Assembly (NCBI GenBank): GCA_964632815.1
Contig: CAZWCI010000002.1
Coordinates: 1-35,549, forward strand
Length of the DNA: 35,549 nucleotides
Source of the DNA: an uncultured Lentimicrobiaceae bacterium
GTDB lineage: Bacteria; Bacteroidota; Bacteroidia; Bacteroidales; WCHB1-69
Direction: 5' to 3'
A model generated the notes under the pieces. The model did not search any database, was not told the origin of the DNA, and saw only the letters and a program-made list of their open reading frames with translations. Shown in pieces: positions 24,429-31,892 of this stretch (positions are counted from its first letter, which is position 1; each line of letters opens with the position of its first letter). Both the position numbers and the translations under genes were made by a program.

Positions 24429-25382
24429 CTATTTCCTTGCAATCACACGCAGAGCGGCTTTTACAACCGCATCTGTATCTAGGCCAAACATTTTCATCAA
24501 ATCTTTCGGTTTTCCACTTTCGCCAAAAACATCATCCACTCCGACCATTTCAACAGGAGCTGGATAATTTCTACTCAATAATTGGCAAACAGAATCGCCC
24601 ATGCCGCCATTAAGCAGATGTTCTTCTGCGGTAACAGCACATTTGGTTTTCATAACACTATTTATAATTGCTTCTTTGTCTAACGGTTTGATTGTATGAA
24701 TATTGATAACTTCTGCCGAAACTCCTTGTTGAGAAAGCAGATAAGCCGCTTCGAGTGCATGATAAACTAAGTGTCCGGTTGCAAAAATCGAAACATCCGT
24801 CCCTTCATTCATTACCAAAGCTTTTCCGATAACAAATGGTTGGTCGATTGGTGTAAAGTTAGGAACTGCAGGGCGGCCGAAACGAAGATATACCGGACCG
24901 CAGTATTCAGCAGCGGCAAGAGTCGCCATGCGTGTTTGGTTATAGTCACATGGATTAAGCACAACCATTCCCGGTAATGCTTTCATAAGGGCAATGTCTT
25001 CCATCATTTGATGCGTGGCGCCATCCTCCCCTACTGTAATACCGGCATGTGAAGCAGCAATTTTCACATTCAGATTGGAATACGCCACCGACGCACGAAT
25101 TTGATCGTAAACTCTTCCCGACACAAAACCGGCAAATCCGCCTGCGAAGGGAACTTTTCCACTCAATGCTAATCCGGCTGCAATACCAATCATATTGGCT
25201 TCTGCAATGCCTGTTTGAATAAACCTTTCCGGAAATTCTTTAATAAAATCTGCCATTTTCAAACTTCCAATCAAGTCGGCACATAAAGCAAACACAAAAG
25301 GATTTTCTCTTCCGGCTTCCAGTAATCCTTGTCCGAATCCGGAACGCGTATCCTTATAATCTTTACATATAATAGGCTCCAT
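24429..25382 (-). CDS. Transketolase family protein, C-terminal (pyrimidine-binding plus C-terminal domain) subunit
   Basis: It is 317 aa. The pattern TRSGFGQGLLEAGRENPFVFALCADLIGSLKM...FPERFIQTGIAEANMIGIAAGLA...GEDGATHQ is typical of the second subunit of split transketolases. Confidence 0.85.
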   Translation of the reverse strand: MEPIICKDYKDTRSGFGQGLLEAGRENPFVFALCADLIGSLKMADFIKEFPERFIQTGIAEANMIGIAAGLALSGKVPFAGGFAGFVSGRVYDQIRASVAYSNLNVKIAASHAGITVGEDGATHQMMEDIALMKALPGMVVLNPCDYNQTRMATLAAAEYCGPVYLRFGRPAVPNFTPIDQPFVIGKALVMNEGTDVSIFATGHLVYHALEAAYLLSQQGVSAEVINIHTIKPLDKEAIINSVMKTKCAVTAEEHLLNGGMGDSVCQLLSRNYPAPVEMVGVDDVFGESGKPKDLMKMFGLDTDAVVKAALRVIARK

Positions 25383-25397
25383 TTATTTTATTTTTTG

Positions 25398-25405
25398 CAA
25401 AAATA
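25398..25405 (-). promoter_or_regulatory. Candidate -7 box (TATTTTTG on the minus strand) for the transketolase subunit gene
   Basis: The plus strand reads CAAAAATA, 16 nt upstream of ATG 25382, in the 52-nt gap after the alcohol dehydrogenase gene. Confidence 0.4.
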
Positions 25406-25434
25406 CAAATAAATCAGACGCTGCTCCGAAAAAA

Positions 25435-26586
25435 CTATATTCTCGAACGCAATATTTTTTCAATCATTTCATAATCAATATTTCCGGCTTCTCCAAGCTG
25501 CCATTTTCTCTCTTTGAAACGCTCAACGATAGGAGCAATAGCATCAATTCCGAGCCCATATTCGGACAACTTCGTTTTTATGCCAATTGAGCGAAAAAAT
25601 TGATCTATTTGATTAATAGTCATATCAATCCTCTCATCTATCGTACCTGAATCAATGCCAAAGACATTTTCCCCTAACTGGAGAATTTTTTCTTCTTTTT
25701 GGGCTCTTAACAAGTGCATTACTCCGGGGAGCACAATCGCAAGGGTTTGCCCGTGATCAATTCCATAAAATGCGGTCAATTCATGTCCTATCATATGGGT
25801 CGCCCAATCTTCCGAAACACCTTGAGCAATCCATTCATTAAGTGCCCACGTGGATGCCCACATCAAATTGGCCCGAATATCATAATCATAAGGAGATTGA
25901 AATACTTGTATTCCTTTTTCAAGTAAAACTTTTAAAATACTTTCGGCGAAATAATCTTGTATGAATGCCTCTTGAGGTGCAGTCAAATATTGTTCAAGTA
26001 CATGTATAAAAGCGTCTGCAATACCATTGGCGGTTTGTTTCGCCGGAAGCGAATAGGTTGTTTCCGGATCCAACACAGAAAACTTTGGATAAACAAATGG
26101 AGAAGAACAAGCCAATTTTTCTTTGGTCGATGACTTGGTTACAACAAAATTCTTATTCATTTCCGAGCCGGTAGCAGGCAACGTAAGAACTGTTCCTAAG
26201 GGCATTGCATCTCGAATAGGAATCTCTCCGGTCATCAACTTCCATGGGTCTTCTTCGCAACAAACAGCTGCAGCAATGTATTTCGTCGCATCAATTACCG
26301 AGCCGCCACCCACTGCTAATAAAAAATCCACCTTATCCTGCTTTATCTTATTAACTGCTTCCATACAAGTTTCATAATGTGGGTTAGGCTCTATACCTCC
26401 AAATTCAGTAACATTATGATTTTGAAGAGCTAACATCACTTGTTCATATACCCCATTGCTTTTAATACTTCCCCCACCATATAGAATCATCACCTTTTTA
26501 TTTATAGAAATTTCTTTTGCTAATTCTTTAATCATTCCTTTTCCAAAAATGATTTTTACGGGATTTGAAAATTTAAAATTTTCCAT
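25435..26586 (-). CDS. Iron-containing (group III) alcohol dehydrogenase, YqhD/BdhA-like
   Basis: It is 383 aa. It has GGGS(V/I)IDATK, the LPATGSE motif and the conserved His cluster (HVLEQY, HMIGHELT) of Fe-ADH enzymes. Confidence 0.88.
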   Translation of the reverse strand: MENFKFSNPVKIIFGKGMIKELAKEISINKKVMILYGGGSIKSNGVYEQVMLALQNHNVTEFGGIEPNPHYETCMEAVNKIKQDKVDFLLAVGGGSVIDATKYIAAAVCCEEDPWKLMTGEIPIRDAMPLGTVLTLPATGSEMNKNFVVTKSSTKEKLACSSPFVYPKFSVLDPETTYSLPAKQTANGIADAFIHVLEQYLTAPQEAFIQDYFAESILKVLLEKGIQVFQSPYDYDIRANLMWASTWALNEWIAQGVSEDWATHMIGHELTAFYGIDHGQTLAIVLPGVMHLLRAQKEEKILQLGENVFGIDSGTIDERIDMTINQIDQFFRSIGIKTKLSEYGLGIDAIAPIVERFKERKWQLGEAGNIDYEMIEKILRSRI

Positions 26587-26826
26587 AATGATTTATTATC
26601 TAATTGGTTATACAATGAGAAGCCTCAACTTAATAAATGATAAAACGCAACTATATTACGGATATTGTTTCCTATTTTTAAGTCATCTATGAAAGATTCA
26701 TTTATTTCTATATATTTTTTGTATGTTTGCAGATGCAATTACAAATAAATAAAGCATTATCAATCAATCTTTTAAAAATATAAATATATCAAAAACGGAT
26801 TTATTTTTTTTCTAAATTTAAAAACA

Positions 26827-28530
26827 ATGAAAAATTCATTAACTAAAAATTTAAGGGGTGATATTTTTGGAGGATTAACGGCAGGGATTGTTGCACTTCC
26901 ATTGGCATTAGCTTTTGGAATACAAGCATTCGGCGTTATTGACAGTCAGGATGTAGCAAACATTGGAGCAATTGGTGCATTAGCAGGTTTAGTTGGAGCA
27001 ATCATGGTAGGTTTCTTTGCATCACTATTTGGAGGCACCTCGTCCCAAGTTAGTGGTCCGACCGGCCCCATGACTGTAATCACCGCAACGTTAATATCTG
27101 GAATTTGGGCCTCGAACAGCTCACACGATATGGGAACCGTTTTAATCACGCTCTCTATAACTGGGATGCTATGCGGATTATTTCAAATCCTGTTTGGCGT
27201 CATCAAACTTGGTAAATATATTCGGTATATTCCCTATCCCGTTTTATCCGGATTTATGAGTGGTATAGGCATCATCATCATCGTTCAGCAAATATATCCG
27301 TTGTTGGGAATGAAATCTCCTGTGCTTATTGTAGATATGATTAGTCAATTACCTTCGAAAATTGCAGGTTTTGATCCATACGCTTTATTATTTGGAGGAG
27401 TAACTATTCTTATTATTTATCTTTTTCCATTAATTACCAAAAAAATACCGGCAACGTTAACCGCATTGATTTTAGTTACGATTTTTTCTTTATTTTTCAA
27501 GGATTTCAATAAAATCATCGGAGAAATACCTTCGGGTTTTCCTCTTCCATTTTTCACCAATTCATCTTTTTCACTTTCAACCATAGAGTGGGGAAATATC
27601 CTTAAGATATCTTTCATTCCTGCTTTAACTTTAGCGGGGTTAGGTTCGATTGATACTTTATTAACTTCAGTTGTTGCAGACAATATTACCAAAACAAAAC
27701 ATAATAGCAACCGTGAACTTATCGGGCAGGGGATAGGAAATTTCTTTGCAGGTATTTTTTCCGGAATTGCAGGAGCCGGAGCAACAATGAGAACGGTTGT
27801 TAATGTTAAAAGCGGAGGCCGCACACGACTCTCCGGTATGATTCATTCATTGTTTCTTTTGGCAATTCTTTTGGGTTTGGGACGATTTGTCAAATTTGTT
27901 CCGCTTTCGGTACTTTCAGGAATATTAATCACAGTTGGAATAAGTATTATTGATTTTAAAGGATTAAAAGATCTATTCAAAATCCCTCGAGCCGATGCCG
28001 TTGTTTTGGTCTCTGTGCTTCTCCTGACCGTATTTGTTGATCTGCTTATTGCCGTAGGTATAGGAATGGTTATTGCCAGTGTCTTGTTTATGAAACGAGC
28101 AGGTGATCTGGTTGAAAGCGGTTATCACTCTGCAGAAATTTCAACTTTCGACAAAGAATTACCATGGGAAGATGAAAAGACTTTATCCGCTGAAACAAGA
28201 AAAAAAATATATGTTCAACGACTAAACGGGCCTATTTTCTTTGGATCAATAAGCGGATTTCAAGAAATGATGCATAGTATACCGGAACATGCAGAAATCG
28301 TAATCATTCGAATGAAACGTGTCTCTTTTATGGACCAATCGGGGCTTTATGCTATGGAAACGGCCATCAAAGATTTGCAAGCCAAAGGAATTACCGTATT
28401 GATGACCATCATTCAACCGCAACCATTGTATATGCTTCAATCCATGAATGTCATCCCTGATTTGATTTCGGAGAGCAATACTTTTAAAACATTCGAGGAA
28501 TGCGCTTTATATTTACAAGAAAACATTTAA
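26827..28530 (+). CDS. SulP-family anion (sulfate/bicarbonate) permease with C-terminal STAS domain
   Basis: It is 567 aa. The N-terminus GDIFGGLTAGIVALPLALAFG is typical of SulP. The core is polytopic and the C-terminal STAS-like region is YVQRLNGPIFFGS...IIRMKRVSFMDQSGLYAME. Confidence 0.88.
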   Translation: MKNSLTKNLRGDIFGGLTAGIVALPLALAFGIQAFGVIDSQDVANIGAIGALAGLVGAIMVGFFASLFGGTSSQVSGPTGPMTVITATLISGIWASNSSHDMGTVLITLSITGMLCGLFQILFGVIKLGKYIRYIPYPVLSGFMSGIGIIIIVQQIYPLLGMKSPVLIVDMISQLPSKIAGFDPYALLFGGVTILIIYLFPLITKKIPATLTALILVTIFSLFFKDFNKIIGEIPSGFPLPFFTNSSFSLSTIEWGNILKISFIPALTLAGLGSIDTLLTSVVADNITKTKHNSNRELIGQGIGNFFAGIFSGIAGAGATMRTVVNVKSGGRTRLSGMIHSLFLLAILLGLGRFVKFVPLSVLSGILITVGISIIDFKGLKDLFKIPRADAVVLVSVLLLTVFVDLLIAVGIGMVIASVLFMKRAGDLVESGYHSAEISTFDKELPWEDEKTLSAETRKKIYVQRLNGPIFFGSISGFQEMMHSIPEHAEIVIIRMKRVSFMDQSGLYAMETAIKDLQAKGITVLMTIIQPQPLYMLQSMNVIPDLISESNTFKTFEECALYLQENI

Positions 28531-28535
28531 TTTTG

Positions 28536-28543
28536 TATATTTG
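28536..28543 (+). promoter_or_regulatory. Candidate -7 box (TATATTTG) for cdaA
   Basis: The exact TAnnTTTG motif is 15 nt upstream of ATG 28558, in the 27-nt gap after the SulP stop. Confidence 0.4.
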
Positions 28544-28557
28544 CAAAAAATAATACG

Positions 28558-29352
28558 ATGACTATTTTAGCTGCATTAGATTTTATTAAATTTACTATTA
28601 ATGATTTTATAGATATTCTACTCGTTGGTATTATTTTATTTGAGCTCTACAATCTTTTAAAAGGAACAGCTGCATTACGTATTTTATGGGCTATCGTAAT
28701 TATTTATATTATATGGAAATTGACCACATTTTTCCAGCTTACTATTTTATCTCAAATATTAGGGCAAGTCATCAGTGTAGGGGTTATTGCACTTATTATT
28801 GTTTTTCAACCTGAAATAAGAAAATTTTTACTCTATTTCGGAAACAATAAATTTATCAAAATGCTGAGCGGGAAATTCCACAAAAAAGCCGGTTCTGACA
28901 CTTATAAACTGGAGATTAATGCAGTAGTGAGGGCTTGTCGTCGGATGTCCAATTCCAAAACCGGCGCTTTAATTGTTTTTGCCGGACAAGCACCATTGGT
29001 GGATATCATCGAAACCGGAGAGCGCCTTGATGCTATTGTTTCGAGAGATTTAATTGAAAATATCTTTTTTAAGAATAGTCCTTTGCATGATGGAGCAATT
29101 ATTATTGACAATCATAAGATTGTGGCAGCTCGGTGCATTCTCCCGGTATCCAAAGACGAAAATTTACCAACAGATTTAGGTTTAAGACATCGGGCAGCCA
29201 TCGGAGCTACTGTATTAACAGATGCCGTTGCCGTAATCGTTTCAGAACAAAATGGACAAATTTCTTATTGTAAAGACGGAGAAATAACCCGCGATATTTC
29301 TCCTACTGTATTGGAACAAATTCTTTCTGACGCATTATTGTTAAAAAATTAA
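28558..29352 (+). CDS. cdaA: Diadenylate cyclase CdaA (membrane-anchored DAC domain, c-di-AMP synthase)
   Basis: There are three N-terminal TM helices followed by a DAC domain with GALIVF, PLHDGAIII and GLRHRAAIG motifs. It is 264 aa. Confidence 0.9.
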   Translation: MTILAALDFIKFTINDFIDILLVGIILFELYNLLKGTAALRILWAIVIIYIIWKLTTFFQLTILSQILGQVISVGVIALIIVFQPEIRKFLLYFGNNKFIKMLSGKFHKKAGSDTYKLEINAVVRACRRMSNSKTGALIVFAGQAPLVDIIETGERLDAIVSRDLIENIFFKNSPLHDGAIIIDNHKIVAARCILPVSKDENLPTDLGLRHRAAIGATVLTDAVAVIVSEQNGQISYCKDGEITRDISPTVLEQILSDALLLKN

Positions 29353-29358
29353 TTGGAC

Positions 29359-29778
29359 ATGATGCTCAAACAAAGGCAAATTGAAGAGCGAACCGAAATT
29401 TTTGATCCCATTCGCAAGAAATGGGTCATACTGACCGAAGAAGAAAAAGTTCGTCAATTTTTTATTCATTTTATCATTAATGAAAAAAAAATTCCTGCAT
29501 CTCATATTTCTGTTGAAAAACAAATATCAGTCAATCAATTAACGAAACGATACGACATTGTAGTGCATGATCGTCAAGGCAAAGCAGCATTGGTGGTTGA
29601 GTGTAAAGCCCCTTCAGTAGCCCTCACACAAGAAGTTCTGGCTCAAGTTGGCCGCTACAATCAAACACTTCAAGCTCCGGTTATCGGAGTTACCAATGGC
29701 AAAGAACACTTATTTTTTTCTATTGATTTTTCGACTTCTCAAATCACCCTTCTTCCTGATTTTCCAACGATTAATTAA
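29359..29778 (+). CDS. HsdR N-terminal-domain-like (PD-(D/E)XK fold) small protein
   Basis: It is about 139 aa from ATG 29359; the ORF-track start at 29353 is a TTG. The segment FDPIRKKWVILTEEEKVRQFFI...RYDIVVHD..GKAALVVECKAP matches the stand-alone type I restriction enzyme HsdR N-terminal domain family (D...E-x-K core) as I remember it. The start lies 6 nt after the cdaA stop. Confidence 0.7.
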   Translation: MMLKQRQIEERTEIFDPIRKKWVILTEEEKVRQFFIHFIINEKKIPASHISVEKQISVNQLTKRYDIVVHDRQGKAALVVECKAPSVALTQEVLAQVGRYNQTLQAPVIGVTNGKEHLFFSIDFSTSQITLLPDFPTIN

Positions 29779-29791
29779 TTCTATCTTTTTA

Positions 29792-29799
29792 TAATTTTG
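29792..29799 (+). promoter_or_regulatory. Candidate -7 box (TAATTTTG) for the acyl-CoA synthetase gene
   Basis: The exact TAnnTTTG motif is 30 nt upstream of ATG 29829. Confidence 0.4.
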
Positions 29800-29828
29800 C
29801 ATATATAAATCAATAAATATTAATTTCC

Positions 29829-31892
29829 ATGATAAATCCTAAATTATTAAATCCCAAAAGCATTGTGGTTATTGGAGCATCTCAGGACATTCAAAAACCG
29901 GGAGGCAAAGTATTGAAAAATTTGTTGGAAAGCAATTTCGAAGGTACTGTCTTTGCCGTTAATCCGAAAGAGACCACCGTACAAGATATTCCTTGCTATT
30001 CAAAAGTGGAAGATTTACCGCAAGTGGATTGTGCTATTTTAGCTATTGCAGCAAAGTATTGCCCTTCCACCGTCAAGGTGCTTGCCAATGAAAAAAATAC
30101 GGGCGGATTTATTATTCTTTCTGCCGGTTTTTCTGAAGAAAATGCAATCGGAGCACAATTCGAAAAGGAGATTGTGGGAACTATTAATGCTGTTAATGGA
30201 AGTTTAATCGGTCCTAATTGCACCGGATTTCTTAATACGAACTATTGTGGTGCTTTTGACACCCCCATACCTCCACTCAATCCAAAAGGAGTAGATTTTA
30301 TTACCGGTTCGGGGGCAACTGCCGTGTTCATTAAAGAGTATGGTATGACCAACGGATTATCTTTCAATAGTGTTTGGGCTGTCGGCAATTCTGCACAAAT
30401 GGGAATTGAAGAGGTGTTGGAACATTTAGACAATAGTTTTGATCCGATTACAAGTTCTCGTGTCATCATGATGTATATGGAAAATGTTCGCAACCCTAAA
30501 AAACTGCTTCAACACGCAACCAGTCTTATCAACAAAGGTTGTAAAATTGCAGCCATCAAGTCTGGTGGTTCCAGTGCTGGCAGCAGGGCAGCCTCTTCCC
30601 ATACCGGAGCACTTGCCACTTCCGATGTAGCGGTTGATGCACTATTTCGTAAAGCCGGAATTGTTCGTTGTCACAACCGTGAAGAGTTGACAACCGTTTG
30701 CTCTATTTTTATGCACCCTGAAGTGAAAGGCCGCAATATTGCCATCATCACTCATGCCGGAGGGCCTGCCGTTATGCTTACAGATGTGCTCTCCAATAAC
30801 GGATTGGAAGTTCCTCATTTAGAAGGACCTGCAGCAGAGAAATTATTAAGTAAGCTCTTCCCCGGCTCTTCCGTAGGAAATCCAATTGATTTTTTGGCTA
30901 CTGGCACGGCAGCACAATTGGGAGAAATTATCGATGCTTGCGAAAATGATTTTGATAATATCGATGCCATGGCCGTCATCTTTGGTTCTCCCGGACTATT
31001 TGCCAATTGGGATGTTTACGAAGTATTGGATCAAAAAATGAAAACCTGCCGTAAACCCATTTTCCCTATATTGCCTTCCATTATTAACGTTAAAGACGAA
31101 ATTGATGATTTTATTAATACTAAAAAAAGAATCAATTTCCCGGAAGAGTGTGTTTTTGGAAATGCTTTGGCTAAAGTCTTGAACACACCCCTTCCGCAGC
31201 CGATTTCTCCGAAACTCCCCGTTATTGATACCAAAGCTATTCGAGAAGTAATTGATCAAGCTCAAGACGGCTATTTATCTTTACAAGAAATTCAGTTATT
31301 ACTCAATGCTGCCGGTATTGACAGAAAAAGAGAAATTGAAGTCAAGACGGAAAAAGATGCAGTAACCTTTGCTGAAGAAGTTGGATTTCCATTGGTTATG
31401 AAAGTGGTAGGTCCCTTGCATAAATCGGATGTAGGCGGCGTTGTGCTGAACGTTAAAGACAAAGAGACTGTTGCCCGTGAATTCAACCGACTAATCAAAA
31501 TCCCGGAAACCTATGCCGTTGAAATATATCCGATGTTATTCGGAACTGAAATATTTATTGGTGCATCCAAAGAAGAAAAATTCGGACATCAAATTCTATT
31601 CGGATTAGGAGGTATTTTTGTAGAAGTATTGAAAGATGTTCAAGCCGCATTAGCACCCGTCAATCATGAAGAAGCACTAACTTTAATTCGTAAACTTCGG
31701 GGTTATAAGATTATTCAAGGAGTTCGGGGACAGCAGCCCGTGAACGAAGAACTATTTGCAGATACCATAACCAGAGTGTCCGCATTAGTTAGCGCAGCTC
31801 CCGAAATTGCAGAAATGGACCTGAATCCTCTGTTGGGAACTCCTTCTGCAATTACAGCAGTCGATGCAAGAATCAGAATCGAAAAAAACTAA
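29829..31892 (+). CDS. ADP-forming acetyl-CoA synthetase / acetate--CoA ligase family protein (fused CoA-binding and ATP-grasp)
   Basis: It is 687 aa. The N-terminal CoA-binding segment is LLNPKSIVVIGASQDIQKPGGKVLKNL, the phosphohistidine region is SSHTGALA, and the C-terminal ATP-grasp part is GFPLVMKVVGPLHKSDVGGV. Confidence 0.85.
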   Translation: MINPKLLNPKSIVVIGASQDIQKPGGKVLKNLLESNFEGTVFAVNPKETTVQDIPCYSKVEDLPQVDCAILAIAAKYCPSTVKVLANEKNTGGFIILSAGFSEENAIGAQFEKEIVGTINAVNGSLIGPNCTGFLNTNYCGAFDTPIPPLNPKGVDFITGSGATAVFIKEYGMTNGLSFNSVWAVGNSAQMGIEEVLEHLDNSFDPITSSRVIMMYMENVRNPKKLLQHATSLINKGCKIAAIKSGGSSAGSRAASSHTGALATSDVAVDALFRKAGIVRCHNREELTTVCSIFMHPEVKGRNIAIITHAGGPAVMLTDVLSNNGLEVPHLEGPAAEKLLSKLFPGSSVGNPIDFLATGTAAQLGEIIDACENDFDNIDAMAVIFGSPGLFANWDVYEVLDQKMKTCRKPIFPILPSIINVKDEIDDFINTKKRINFPEECVFGNALAKVLNTPLPQPISPKLPVIDTKAIREVIDQAQDGYLSLQEIQLLLNAAGIDRKREIEVKTEKDAVTFAEEVGFPLVMKVVGPLHKSDVGGVVLNVKDKETVAREFNRLIKIPETYAVEIYPMLFGTEIFIGASKEEKFGHQILFGLGGIFVEVLKDVQAALAPVNHEEALTLIRKLRGYKIIQGVRGQQPVNEELFADTITRVSALVSAAPEIAEMDLNPLLGTPSAITAVDARIRIEKN

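Noticed and set aside
25847-25852. A CACGTG core that could belong to a parS site.
   Set aside because: The flanks (gcccacgtggat) do not match the TGTTTCACGTGAAACA consensus, and the site lies inside the alcohol dehydrogenase CDS. I spotted no other parS-like sequence.
26587-26826. A 240-nt AT-rich region upstream of SulP with a TATGTTTG box at 26722-26729, which would give a leader of about 90 nt. I considered a riboswitch or leader element.
   Set aside because: The putative leader is almost pure A/T with no conserved or GC-paired structure that I can recognise. It is more likely plain promoter and spacer DNA for the divergent adh and sulP genes.
26946-27824. Minus-strand ORFs (26946-27149, 27417-27824) inside the SulP gene.
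   Set aside because: They are antisense to a well-supported transporter CDS. Their hydrophobic, Pro-rich translations are typical of the reverse frame of membrane-protein genes.
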